Part shown: piece after piece, positions 10,130 to 19,647 of the stretch
Numbering within the stretch: the first letter of the stretch is position 1
Layout of the letters: each line of letters starts with the position of its first letter
Source: Elusimicrobiales bacterium
GTDB lineage: Bacteria > Elusimicrobiota > Elusimicrobia > Elusimicrobiales > UBA9959
Length of the DNA stretch: 64,000 bases
Direction of reading: 5' to 3'
Assembly (NCBI GenBank): GCA_026416895.1
Contig: JAOAEH010000029.1
Span: forward strand, 228-64,227
Notes under the pieces: model-generated
Told to the model about the DNA's origin: nothing
Databases searched by the model: none
Seen by the model: the letters and a program-made list of their open reading frames with translations, nothing else
Position numbers and translations under genes: made by a program

Positions 10130-10431
10130 TTTTTTTCTTCCTTCCAAGATAAAACTCTAACTCCAATTGTATCATCTAACATCACAATTTCTCCTTTCCC
10201 AACTTCTTTTCCATTAGCATATATAGTCAATGGATCTTGAGGAGATTTGTTTAGATTTATAACAGAACCAACTTCTAAATTTAAAAGTTCTTTAAAAATT
10301 ATGTTTATTTTAGTTATTTCAATAGATATTTCAACAGGTATATCCATTATAAATGATTCGCTTATTTTTGAGTTCTTACTAGTATCAGGAGTTTTGTTGA
10401 ACTCATTTATACTATTTAACATTTCGTTCAT
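10126..10431 (-). CDS. fliN: Flagellar motor switch protein FliN (SpoA domain)
   Basis: C-terminal SpoA pattern IPVEISIEITKINIIFKELLNLEVGSVINLNK...LTIYANGKEVGKGEIVMLDDTIGVRV. Confidence 0.9.
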   Translation of the reverse strand: MNEMLNSINEFNKTPDTSKNSKISESFIMDIPVEISIEITKINIIFKELLNLEVGSVINLNKSPQDPLTIYANGKEVGKGEIVMLDDTIGVRVLSWKEEKK

Positions 10432-10440
10432 TTCGCCTCC

Positions 10441-11238
10441 TTACTCAACTTCAGTCACTTTAATAGCTAATTTATTATTATGAATTCCGATCCTTCCTTT
10501 TATACACTTTTTATTTTCAAAAAAAATCCATACTAAAGAAGGGTCTTCTTTATCTAAGATTATTAAGTCATTATTTTTAATCTTAGAATAGTCCAATAAC
10601 GATAAATATTTTTTACCTAATATTATTGAAGCTTTGGTAGTAATATTAGTGAAGTCATATTTTTCACAAATGATTTTTTTTGAAAGAATATTTGACAGAT
10701 CAACTCTAGATAAGTTATCTCTTGCAATTTGTTGTGGTATTAAAAAATCAAAGTAAAACTCCAAATTATCTAGACACAACGCATATTTTATATAACATAC
10801 CTCTATATCTTCTTCAAAAATATCCTTTATACTATCTGATGTCTTTAATAAACAATCACTTAAATTAATATATTTACCAAAGAGATCTATAAAACTTTCA
10901 AATATAGGAACAGCAAATTTATTTAAAAAAACTATTTTGTTTATTTGAGAAATGTATTCAGTTTCTTCATTTGTTATATTTTTTATCAACACTTTAATTA
11001 AATCTATATCCCAAGCAATAGCTACAAAATTATCATCTAATTTAGTATATGTTATAAACCTATCTAAATTTTGATGTATTTTATTTATCCCTACTTCTTT
11101 TAGATGAACATTTACCTTTGTTTTCAGATGCTGCGATAAAAATTTTAATATATTTTTTTGCAGTTGTACAGAGATGATTTTTGTTATTTTCAAGAATAAA
11201 TTATTGTTTTTATTCATTTTTACTACCATATAACTCAC
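10441..11238 (-). CDS. fliM: Flagellar motor switch protein FliM, short form lacking the canonical N-terminal CheY-P docking peptide
   Basis: The middle domain and C-terminal SpoA-like segment (ASIILGKKYLSLLDYSKIKNNDLIILDK...GRIGIHNNKLAIKVTEV) align by eye to FliM. Position is between flhF and fliN. Start is uncertain: GTG 11238, ATG 11229 or ATG 11217. Confidence 0.8.
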   Translation of the reverse strand: MSYMVVKMNKNNNLFLKITKIISVQLQKNILKFLSQHLKTKVNVHLKEVGINKIHQNLDRFITYTKLDDNFVAIAWDIDLIKVLIKNITNEETEYISQINKIVFLNKFAVPIFESFIDLFGKYINLSDCLLKTSDSIKDIFEEDIEVCYIKYALCLDNLEFYFDFLIPQQIARDNLSRVDLSNILSKKIICEKYDFTNITTKASIILGKKYLSLLDYSKIKNNDLIILDKEDPSLVWIFFENKKCIKGRIGIHNNKLAIKVTEVE

Positions 11239-12085
11239 TTATGAAAATATCAATATATTTTTCTTTTTGAAAACTTTCAAATATTATCTTTTTTGATTTT
11301 TTTGATGTAAATCCCAATAAAAAACCTGGAATTTTCTTAGAAGTTTCAAAAACGACTAATTTAGATAATACTTCATCGATTTTTGTTATGACTTTAATCA
11401 AATATCTTACATCAACAAATAATTTATTCCACTCATGAGATGATGGATATTTAGCTGCTTCAAAACATACTATTAACCCTAACTCATTTTCCCTTTTTAT
11501 AATCTCAATTAGTTTATATATTTCTGATAGGTTTATTGAGTTTAATTCTACAAATAGAATTTCATTGTTTTTTACCTTTGGTATAGTTAGTTTTTTTGTA
11601 GTGATATACTTTGTTTCTTTAGACTTTAAATTTGATATATAACTTTTAATAAATGCTGTTTTTCCACTGTTTTTTGGTCCTACTACATAATAGATATTCT
11701 TTTCTAGTTTTGATATCTCTAAAAAATTCCTCTCAAAATACTGAAAAATATCATTTATGTCATTAGATATTGATGCAATCTCATATGCGAAATCAACTGA
11801 TATATCTTTTTTTAAAAATTTTATTAAATCATTCTTAAGCTGATTTTTCTCTTTTAATTCTTCTATTGACTTTGATAGAATTAAAATTTTACTTTGTATC
11901 TCATTTAATATATTCAAATTTTCTTGCTTTTTCTGAGCAATTATTTGAATTTTTTCTTTTCCCAAACCTAAAAATGGTCTAACTTTCCTAGTTCCAATTA
12001 TTTTAGCGTCAGCTCCTAAAGTTTCCTTTACAAGTCTTAACGCATCAACTATATTGTATGCTTCAAAAGTACATATTTCAGACAT
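11210..12085 (-). CDS. flhF: FlhF-like flagellar biosynthesis protein (SRP-type GTPase family, reduced/degenerate G domain)
   Basis: FlhF-type N-terminus FEAYNIVDALRLVKETLGADAKIIGTRKV, P-loop-like VVGPKNSGKT, G4-like ITKIDE. Located directly after flhA. Confidence 0.75.
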   Translation of the reverse strand: MSEICTFEAYNIVDALRLVKETLGADAKIIGTRKVRPFLGLGKEKIQIIAQKKQENLNILNEIQSKILILSKSIEELKEKNQLKNDLIKFLKKDISVDFAYEIASISNDINDIFQYFERNFLEISKLEKNIYYVVGPKNSGKTAFIKSYISNLKSKETKYITTKKLTIPKVKNNEILFVELNSINLSEIYKLIEIIKRENELGLIVCFEAAKYPSSHEWNKLFVDVRYLIKVITKIDEVLSKLVVFETSKKIPGFLLGFTSKKSKKIIFESFQKEKYIDIFISELYGSKNE

Positions 12086-14114
12086 CTATTTGCTCCAAAA
12101 CCTTTATTTTAACATCAGAGCTTATTTCATCATAAGACATAAAACAAACACTAGATAAAACTTTCTCAAACATTTTTTTAACAGCATATCTTATTGATGA
12201 TGAACATGCAATAACAACAGGCTCAGGAAGTCTGTCTTTTGCTACCTCAGCTATTTTATCAGCAATTTTAGTTATCTCAGAAGGAGACAAGGAAATAAAA
12301 TATCCTTGCTCAGTTTTCTTTACATTTGAAGATATTATTTCTTCAAGTTTGGGTGAAAAGGTATATATTTCAAGAATACCTTCTGTATTTAGATTTTTTT
12401 CAGTTATATATCTAGCTAATACTTTACGTGCTGCTTCAGATAAAGATATTGGATCTTTTGAAATCTTTGACTGATCACAAAAAGCTTCTAAAATGAATCT
12501 TATATTTTTCAAAGGAATATTTTCTCTTAATAGATTTTGAAGAGCTCTATGAACTTCACCTATAGATAAAACAGATGGTATTGTATCGTCTATAGTACCT
12601 GGGTATTTCTTTTTTACTTCATCAACTATTTCAGAAACTGTTTGTCGTGTTAAAAGTTCATATGAATATTTCTTTAAAATTTCACTTAAATGTGTTATTA
12701 TTATTGACTGAGGAGAAACCACAGTGTAACCATTCTTTTCAAAAATAAATTTTTCATCTTTTTTTATCCAAATTGAAGGTAGCATAAAAACTGGATCTAA
12801 ACTATCTTCTTTTCTCCCCTCAACCATTTTAGCATTACCTGCATTTATAGCAAGAAGGGAAGATGGTTGTATTATTCCTTTTGCCAATTCAATACCAAAT
12901 ATTTTTATTGAATAGGAATTGGTAGATATCAAGTGAGACTCTTTAAGAACTATATAAGGTATTTTAAAGCCTAATTCTTTTGAAATATTTTTCCTAAGAT
13001 TTTCAATTTTTGTATATAAATTCTCTTCACCTTCATTAGCAATTCCTATTAAACCTAATCCAATTTCTAATAATATCACATCTTCTTCGAGTGGTTCAAA
13101 AATCTGATTTTTTGATTCTTTATTTTCCTCTTCTATTTCTTTATTTTTTCCTCCATTAATATACAAAGATACAAAGACCATAATTAAAGAAAAGGTAATA
13201 AGAACAATTTTAGGAGTTGATGGTATAAAAATCATGAAAAATGAAACAATAGCTGCTATCCATAAAACCTCTTTTTTTATAAAAATCTGCGAAGCAACTT
13301 CTGTTGCCAAATCAGCTCCAGAGGTTGCTCTGGTTACCAAAATACCTGCAGCAACAGATGTTAAAAGAGAAGAAATTTGTGTTAGAAGTCCAACACCTAT
13401 AGCAATGGTAGCATATTTTTCAAATGATTCATAAACTCCAAGTCCATATTTTATAACTCCAAGTAAGGTACCACCTATAAAAATTATAATTATTACGATT
13501 ATTGAAGCTATAGTATCACCTCTTACAAATTTTGAAGCACCATCCATAGAACCATAAAAATCAGCTTCTTCTTCTATTATCTTTCTTCTTCTTTTTGCTT
13601 CTTCTTCTGTTATTAAACCTGCATTTAAATCTGCATCAATCGACATTTGCTTGCCTGGCATAGCATCTAATGTAAATCTTGCGCTAACTTCAGATATCCT
13701 TGTTATACCTCCTATGATCACTAAATACTGAATTGTTATGATTATTGCAAAAACTACAATACCAATTATAGCATTATCTCCCAAAAACATATTTCCAATT
13801 GATTCAACTATTTTTCCACAACTTCCATCCATAAGAATTCTTTTTGTTGCAACTACAGTTATTATCAATCTTCCGAAAGATGAAATAAGCAAAATAGTTG
13901 GAAATGAAGAAAAATCCATCGATTGACTTATTATAAATGAAATAAAAAATACGGTTATAGAAAAAGCTATAATACTAATAAAAAGCATATCTATTATTAA
14001 ATTTGGAATTGGAATAATTAACAAGAAAACCACAAAAATTATTACAAAAGCTGTTAATAGTTCTGAAAATTTGATATTGCTAAAATTAATAATTTCTTTA
14101 ATTTTGTTTATCAT
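12078..14114 (-). CDS. flhA: Flagellar export apparatus protein FlhA
   Basis: 678 aa with an N-terminal polytopic domain carrying FHIPEP-type motifs (RISEVSARFTLDAMPGKQMSIDADLNAGLITEEEAKRRR, DFYGSMDGASKFVRGD) and a large cytoplasmic C-domain. Confidence 0.95.
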   Translation of the reverse strand: MINKIKEIINFSNIKFSELLTAFVIIFVVFLLIIPIPNLIIDMLFISIIAFSITVFFISFIISQSMDFSSFPTILLISSFGRLIITVVATKRILMDGSCGKIVESIGNMFLGDNAIIGIVVFAIIITIQYLVIIGGITRISEVSARFTLDAMPGKQMSIDADLNAGLITEEEAKRRRKIIEEEADFYGSMDGASKFVRGDTIASIIVIIIIFIGGTLLGVIKYGLGVYESFEKYATIAIGVGLLTQISSLLTSVAAGILVTRATSGADLATEVASQIFIKKEVLWIAAIVSFFMIFIPSTPKIVLITFSLIMVFVSLYINGGKNKEIEEENKESKNQIFEPLEEDVILLEIGLGLIGIANEGEENLYTKIENLRKNISKELGFKIPYIVLKESHLISTNSYSIKIFGIELAKGIIQPSSLLAINAGNAKMVEGRKEDSLDPVFMLPSIWIKKDEKFIFEKNGYTVVSPQSIIITHLSEILKKYSYELLTRQTVSEIVDEVKKKYPGTIDDTIPSVLSIGEVHRALQNLLRENIPLKNIRFILEAFCDQSKISKDPISLSEAARKVLARYITEKNLNTEGILEIYTFSPKLEEIISSNVKKTEQGYFISLSPSEITKIADKIAEVAKDRLPEPVVIACSSSIRYAVKKMFEKVLSSVCFMSYDEISSDVKIKVLEQIDV

Positions 14115-14844
14115 CTTTATTTTGTTTTTTCTCTTCTTTCAATATAATTATCTCAACCCTTCTATTTCTTCTTCTACCTTCATCTGTTTTGTTATCTGAA
14201 ACAGGGTTGGTATCCGCTAAACTACCAGATACAAATCTTTTTAAATCAATATTTTCATTAAAAATCAAAAACTCAGATGTTTTTTCAGCTCTTCTCATCC
14301 CTAAATGCCAATTTGATGGGAATAAACTATTTTTTATTGGTACATTATCAGTATGTCCTAAAATTTTTATTTTATTTTTTACTTTTTTTAAATAAGGAGA
14401 AATCTTTTTTAAAGTTTCTATACCTTCATTTTTCAATTCAGCCTTTCCTGTATCAAACAGCACTCTTTCTTCCATATCTATTATCAACCCTTCTTCACTC
14501 ATTCTAGCTGTGATACCACTACCTTTAGCCTCATTTTTCTCTATTTCCTCTCTTAATTTTTCTAGTCCTTTTTCATCACATAATTCATTTTCTTTTTCAC
14601 CAGATGATTCTTTTCCTATTATCAAACTAAATTCTTTGTTATTACCATACAATTTTTCTTCTTTATCAGGATTTAAAACTTTAACCATTGCTCTCATTGC
14701 CTTTTTAAACTTTTCAGTATCTTGTTGAGCAGTTGAATATAAAACTACAAAAAGTCCTAGTAATAATGTAATCAAATCAGCATATGTTAGAAGCCATCTT
14801 TCAGAATTTTCATGTTCCTCTTCATGATGTTTCTTTTTAATCAT
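14098..14844 (-). CDS. motB: Flagellar stator protein MotB (OmpA-like C-terminal domain)
   Basis: ERWLLTYADLITLLLGLFVVLYS plug/TM with the conserved Asp. C-terminal OmpA-like GHTDNVPI...SNWHLGMRRAEKT...NRRVEI. Confidence 0.9.
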   Translation of the reverse strand: MIKKKHHEEEHENSERWLLTYADLITLLLGLFVVLYSTAQQDTEKFKKAMRAMVKVLNPDKEEKLYGNNKEFSLIIGKESSGEKENELCDEKGLEKLREEIEKNEAKGSGITARMSEEGLIIDMEERVLFDTGKAELKNEGIETLKKISPYLKKVKNKIKILGHTDNVPIKNSLFPSNWHLGMRRAEKTSEFLIFNENIDLKRFVSGSLADTNPVSDNKTDEGRRRNRRVEIIILKEEKKQNKDDKQN

Positions 14845-15641
14845 ACTTTTAATGCCTCTTTTTTAACTGATTTTGAAGGAGAAAAATCTTGTTTTGATAT
14901 AGGTAGCATAGATGTAAGTTTTTGCCTAAGAACTCTAGGAGAAAAACCATTTTCAATTGCCATAATACCCTCAATAACTATTGAATATATCAACATTTCT
15001 TCTTGATGTTTGTTTTTAAGTTTATCTCCTATTGGTAAAAAAAATATATTAGCCATTAATACTCCCCAATATGTAGCAATAAAAGCTGCAGCAATTGAAT
15101 GGACAAGTTTTTCAGGGTCTCCTCCTGCATGTGAAAAAGTACTAATTAATCCCATTACGGTACCAATAACACCCATAGTTGGAGAATACCCACCCATTTT
15201 TGTAAAAATTCCTGCTCCAAAAGAATGTCTTTGACTCATATATTCCAACTCCATATCTGCTATTTCTTTTATAAGAGAAGGTTCTGTACCATTAATAAAC
15301 ATCTTCATGTATTTTTGTGCTATAGGCAAAGATAATTTTGAAACATCTTGTTGGAGAGATAATAATCCTTCTCTGCGAGCTTTTTCACATGCTATTACTA
15401 AATCATTTATTACTTTTTCTGGTTCAATTTTAGATTCAAAAATTGCTTTCAATGCAACCTTCCAAGCATCTAAAAACTTTTTGAAAGGGGTTCCGATCAT
15501 TGTAGCTGATATGGTTCCACCAAATATAATTAACATAGCAGGACCTTGTATAAGTGAGGAGACATTTCCACCTTCCCATAAAAAAGAACCTATTATACTA
15601 CCTATAGCAAGCACAAGACCTACTATAAGCCCAAGATCCAT
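14841..15641 (-). CDS. motA: Flagellar stator protein MotA
   Basis: MDLGLIVGLVLAIGSIIGSF..., MotA/TolQ/ExbB channel motifs (GTVMGLI, AAFIATYWGVLMANIFFLPIGDKL). Start set to ATG 15641, which has SD ggagg (15647-15651) and lies downstream of the promoter at 15658-15686. The ORF-track start 15686 would lie inside that promoter. Confidence 0.9.
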   Translation of the reverse strand: MDLGLIVGLVLAIGSIIGSFLWEGGNVSSLIQGPAMLIIFGGTISATMIGTPFKKFLDAWKVALKAIFESKIEPEKVINDLVIACEKARREGLLSLQQDVSKLSLPIAQKYMKMFINGTEPSLIKEIADMELEYMSQRHSFGAGIFTKMGGYSPTMGVIGTVMGLISTFSHAGGDPEKLVHSIAAAFIATYWGVLMANIFFLPIGDKLKNKHQEEMLIYSIVIEGIMAIENGFSPRVLRQKLTSMLPISKQDFSPSKSVKKEALKV

Positions 15642-15657
15642 TTTATCCTCCAAATAA

Positions 15658-15686
15658 AATATATAAAAATTATTAAACTTTGTCAA
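15658..15686 (-). promoter_or_regulatory. Sigma-70-type promoter of the motA...flhB operon
   Basis: Minus strand reads TTGACA (15686-15681), a 17-nt spacer aagtttaataattttta, then TATATT (15663-15658). SD GGAGG and ATG follow 16 nt downstream. Confidence 0.55.
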
Positions 15687-15714
15687 GTATTTAAAATTAT
15701 TAAAGTTATTAAAA

Positions 15715-16674
15715 TTATTTTTCTATATATCTAAAAACAAACGAAAAACCTTCCTCTTCATGGTTTATGAATTTCTCTATTAGGAATGTTTTGTTAGATT
15801 TAAGATTTTTAATCGAATTTGAAAGTTCAGCTATTGCTTCTTTTTGAGTATTAAAAATCCGTTTTGAATAATATGTATTTATTTCCGTCTTTTTGTTTGT
15901 TCTATAAATCCAGTCTATGAAAAAAGTAAAATTTCCATTCTCTTCATAAGTATCAAAATAAAAAATATCTAATCCTGCACCTTCAAATGAATTTACTGCT
16001 TTGATAGCAGCTTTGTAAGCATCAGAATATCTATCATATAAAAATCCAAAGTATCTTTTTATTTCAAATTTTTTAATCATTTTTTCATGTAAACAGACAG
16101 GATAATCTATGTAAATATATTCTTTCTCTTCATCTTCTTCTATTAAAAAATAAGGTCTGTTAGTATTAATAAATTTATTTTTAATAGATGTTTTTATTTT
16201 TTCTATTCTAAAACTATCATATATAGGCATCTTATATGTTTTGTGCTCTACATCTTTTAAGCAACCATGACCTATATATGGAAATAAATATGAGATTTTA
16301 ATTTTCTTAGAATACCTATCATTTTGCATTGTTAACAAATCTATATTTTTCAATTTTAAACTCTTCATGACATCTTTTTCTAATCTATTAGAATAATCTA
16401 TTTCATAATCTTTAATTTCAAAATACTGACATTTTTTTGATGGTTTATAATCTAATTCAAAGTAATAATTGCCATTTTCAGATTCATTAATTAGTATAGA
16501 TATCACTTTAAAATTAGAATTTTTAAAAGATTTTTCCAAGTCCATTATCTTTTTCCTTACTTCAGATATTTGACTGAAAAATTCATGAGATGTGTAAGTT
16601 TTTATATTATTAATCTTATTGCTACATTCATTTTCGTCAACTAAAAATAATATGTTTAAAATTAAAAATAACAT
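15715..16674 (-). CDS. Hypothetical exported protein with three PepSY-like (helix + beta-hairpin) repeats
   Basis: Hydrophobic N-terminus. Three modules each end in an E-x-G-x-aromatic hairpin: ...SILINESENGNYYFELDY, ...FYFDTYEENGNFTFFIDWIY, ...EKFINHEEEGFSFVFRYI. The start lies 3 nt after the porin stop. Confidence 0.35.
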   Translation of the reverse strand: MLFLILNILFLVDENECSNKINNIKTYTSHEFFSQISEVRKKIMDLEKSFKNSNFKVISILINESENGNYYFELDYKPSKKCQYFEIKDYEIDYSNRLEKDVMKSLKLKNIDLLTMQNDRYSKKIKISYLFPYIGHGCLKDVEHKTYKMPIYDSFRIEKIKTSIKNKFINTNRPYFLIEEDEEKEYIYIDYPVCLHEKMIKKFEIKRYFGFLYDRYSDAYKAAIKAVNSFEGAGLDIFYFDTYEENGNFTFFIDWIYRTNKKTEINTYYSKRIFNTQKEAIAELSNSIKNLKSNKTFLIEKFINHEEEGFSFVFRYIEK

Positions 16675-16676
16675 AT

Positions 16677-17795
16677 TTAAAATTTAAAATTTGTATCAAA
16701 GATAAAAACTTTTTCATTTTTCTGATTTTTATTGTTTGGTTTTGAGTATATATAATAAGGAATTAATGAAATATTTTTTGTTAAGTTTAGTGTTATCAAA
16801 ATTCTTGATGATTTAATACCAGTAGAACCACCATAATTTGATATATCTGGTAAAATATCTAAAAAAGAATCATTTTCAAGTTTTCTATAACTAAAAGCAA
16901 ATGATAAAAATTTAAAATCATTTTTCTTTTTAGAAAGTTCAAAACCATAGATTATAAAATCAGAATTTTTTGATATTGTTATGTTTTTGCCAATATTAGC
17001 ATAATAAATAAACGACATAAGATTTGAAATTGGTATTTCCATTTTAATATCAGTTGCTAAAATATTATAATCGTATTTATATTTTGAATTTACTTCAGAG
17101 TTAGAAAGTATATATGGACTTTGAGGCCTTGATATAAAGGTAGAAGTAGAGGTGTTTTTTATATACATAAAATCATAATATGTTAATGCAAACTTAGTAT
17201 ATTTAAAATCTAAACCAAATTGAACTATATTAAGTTTAGGATCTTTATCAGTAATAGAAAATTCTTGCATTAATAGAGGATTATATATAAACCATATATT
17301 TTTATTTTTAAGTTCAAAAGATGCTCCTTCAAATGTTATATCACTATCAATTAAAGAACTATTAGATGCCCATATATTGTTTTGAAATTTACCAATTACA
17401 AAATTGAAATTTTTTTTATTAAACATTAAATTTGCTAAACTTAAATTTATATTTTTATTAGCAAAACCTCCTGTTAAACTCTCAAAATTACTCCTTGGCT
17501 TAGACTTATCTCCAGTTGCAAAGCCAATTGTTAATTTTAAATTTTTATCTATGTTTTTTGATAGCTCAAGCTTTGTTTGAATCAAAAAAATATCTCTGTG
17601 AATTTGATAAATATTTTGTTGTCTAAAATATCTAAAAGTAAAAAGACCTTTTGTCTCTAAATCTTTTTTTTCTTCTTTATTTAAATAACTTTCATATTCA
17701 TCCTTGTTGATTATACCTTTTTCTATAAGAAAATTTTTTAAACTATCATTAGCATTTGAGTTCAAACTAATTAAAATTAAAAGTATTTTTATCAT
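16677..17795 (-). CDS. Putative outer-membrane beta-barrel porin
   Basis: Signal peptide MIKILLILISLNSNA, an N-terminal LKNFLIEKGIINKDEYESYL motif seen in putative-porin families, alternating amphipathic beta-strand pattern, and a C-terminal aromatic residue (...DTNFKF). Confidence 0.6.
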   Translation of the reverse strand: MIKILLILISLNSNANDSLKNFLIEKGIINKDEYESYLNKEEKKDLETKGLFTFRYFRQQNIYQIHRDIFLIQTKLELSKNIDKNLKLTIGFATGDKSKPRSNFESLTGGFANKNINLSLANLMFNKKNFNFVIGKFQNNIWASNSSLIDSDITFEGASFELKNKNIWFIYNPLLMQEFSITDKDPKLNIVQFGLDFKYTKFALTYYDFMYIKNTSTSTFISRPQSPYILSNSEVNSKYKYDYNILATDIKMEIPISNLMSFIYYANIGKNITISKNSDFIIYGFELSKKKNDFKFLSFAFSYRKLENDSFLDILPDISNYGGSTGIKSSRILITLNLTKNISLIPYYIYSKPNNKNQKNEKVFIFDTNFKF

Positions 17796-17804
17796 AAAAC
17801 CCCC

Positions 17805-18848
17805 TTATACTTTTGTCTCATAAACAATTTCGATTAATCGTTGTGATATTTTATATAATGGTATAATCTCATCTACTGCTCCTATTTCTATAGCTTCTTT
17901 AGGCATACCAAAAACAAGTGAAGTCTCTTCATCTTGTGCTATATTGTAAGCACCACTATTTTTCATATCTAACATTCCCTTAGCCCCATCCTTACCCATA
18001 CCTGTTAGTATCACTCCAATAGCATTTTTACCAACATTTTTAGCTACAGATCTAAAAAGGGGATCAACAGCCGGTTTCTGAAAATGCTCCATAGGTCCAT
18101 CTTTTATTTTTATATAATAATTTGCTCCACTTCTCTCAACAAGCATATGATAGCCACCAGGAGCAATAAAAGCTCTTCCCCTTACAATAAAATCACCATC
18201 CTCTGCTTCCTTTACCTCTAATTTACATATATCATTTAATCTTTTAGCAAAAGATGAGGTAAAACCTGGTGGCATATGCTGTACTATAACAATTCCTGGC
18301 ATATCAACTGGAAGTTTTGTTAAAATCTCTTCTAAGGCTAAGGTACCCCCAGTAGATGAACCTATAGCTATAATCTTTTGAGTGGTTTTAAAATCTGAAA
18401 TCTTTTTATCAGTTATTTTTTGAAAATTGTTTGTTAAATTAATCTTTTTAGTATCAAAACGAACTAATGAAGCATTTCTTATTGCAACTACCAACTTTTT
18501 GTTTATCTCCTGTGATGTAGCATAAGAAACAGGTTTGCCAATAATTTCAACTGCTCCAAGCTCTAATGCTCTTATTGCTGTCTCATTTATTTCACGTGTA
18601 AGAGAACTAAAAACTATAACTGGTTTTGGATAATATTTCATTAATTTCGATAAAAATGAAAGTCCATCCATTCTAGGCATTTCAAGATCTAAAACTATTA
18701 CATCAGGGTTTAATTCAATTATCTTATCTCTTGCAAAATATGGATCTATAGCAGTTCCCACAACTTTTATGTCACTATATTTCGAAAGCTCTTCTGTTAA
18801 TATTTTTCTGATTAATGCAGAATCATCTACAATCAAAACTTTAATCAT
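17805..18848 (-). CDS. cheB: Chemotaxis response regulator protein-glutamate methylesterase CheB
   Basis: REC (MIKVLIVDDSALIRK...VLDLEMPRMDG) plus methylesterase domain (GSSTGGTLALEEIL, VQHMPPGFT, GMGKDGA). Confidence 0.95.
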   Translation of the reverse strand: MIKVLIVDDSALIRKILTEELSKYSDIKVVGTAIDPYFARDKIIELNPDVIVLDLEMPRMDGLSFLSKLMKYYPKPVIVFSSLTREINETAIRALELGAVEIIGKPVSYATSQEINKKLVVAIRNASLVRFDTKKINLTNNFQKITDKKISDFKTTQKIIAIGSSTGGTLALEEILTKLPVDMPGIVIVQHMPPGFTSSFAKRLNDICKLEVKEAEDGDFIVRGRAFIAPGGYHMLVERSGANYYIKIKDGPMEHFQKPAVDPLFRSVAKNVGKNAIGVILTGMGKDGAKGMLDMKNSGAYNIAQDEETSLVFGMPKEAIEIGAVDEIIPLYKISQRLIEIVYETKV

Positions 18849-18854
18849 TTTTTA

Positions 18855-19268
18855 TTACTTATTTAAATTACAATATAAGTACACACTACCTTCTTCAAAA
18901 AATATTTTAGTTGAGCAAGAAAAATTGTAAGCATCTATATCAAGTTTTTCAACAAAAATAGGTGGAGATAATTTAAATCTCTTTTTATCTGTAAAAGTTT
19001 CAGAAAGTATATTACCACATATTATGTTTAATATCTCTTTTCCGCATTCTTTTATATCATTCTTATCATCACTAATAATAGAATTAATATACTCAAGTAA
19101 ATTTTTTTCTATTTTCATTATCATATAACCATTCTTCTCACCAGTGAAATCTATTTTAAAATTTAAAAATTCGTTTTCATTTTTGAGATTGTTTTCTATT
19201 GGAGTTAAAAATACTAAATTTGCAAAAACATTTGCTGCTGTTATATAAAGCTTGTCATCTTTTCCCAT
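18855..19268 (-). CDS. CheX/CheC-family-like chemotaxis protein (putative CheY-P phosphatase)
   Basis: ExxN motif in KECGKEILNIICGNIL with a Pro ~21 residues later (KLSPP), resembling the D/S-x3-E-x2-N-x22-P signature. ATG 19268 has SD GGAGGG. The ORF-track start 19340 would overlap cheY by 86 nt. Confidence 0.55.
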   Translation of the reverse strand: MGKDDKLYITAANVFANLVFLTPIENNLKNENEFLNFKIDFTGEKNGYMIMKIEKNLLEYINSIISDDKNDIKECGKEILNIICGNILSETFTDKKRFKLSPPIFVEKLDIDAYNFSCSTKIFFEEGSVYLYCNLNK

Positions 19269-19638
19269 ATATCCCTCCAGTGATTTCTGATATTTTAGAA
19301 CTAAAAAACTCTGGTGTAAATGGTTTATGAATAAAACCAACTATTTTGCCCTTTAAATATTCCATTGTATCATAGCTTTTTTCTGTTGATATAACAAGAA
19401 TAGGAATATCATTATAAACAGTATTTTTCTTTATTTCATCTATCATCTCTATACCATTCATAATAGGCATATTTATATCAGCAAGAATTAAATCGATCCA
19501 ATTCTTTTCTAATATATCTAATCCTTCTTTTCCATTACCAGCTTCAAAAAAAACACAATTATCGATATTAGACATCTCAATTGTTTTTTTAATCATTTTC
19601 CTCATAACAGGGCTATCATCAACTATGAGTATATTCAT
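19255..19638 (-). CDS. cheY: CheY-like single-domain response regulator
   Basis: MNILIVDDSPVMRKMI...LILADINMPIMNG...ISTE...IHKPF. Confidence 0.9.
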   Translation of the reverse strand: MNILIVDDSPVMRKMIKKTIEMSNIDNCVFFEAGNGKEGLDILEKNWIDLILADINMPIMNGIEMIDEIKKNTVYNDIPILVISTEKSYDTMEYLKGKIVGFIHKPFTPEFFSSKISEITGGIYGKR

Positions 19639-19647
19639 ATATAACTC

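Noticed and set aside
15642-15686. N-terminal 15-codon extension of motA in the ORF track.
   Set aside because: It would start exactly in the TTGACA -35 hexamer. ATG 15641 has a GGAGG SD and gives the usual MotA N-terminus.
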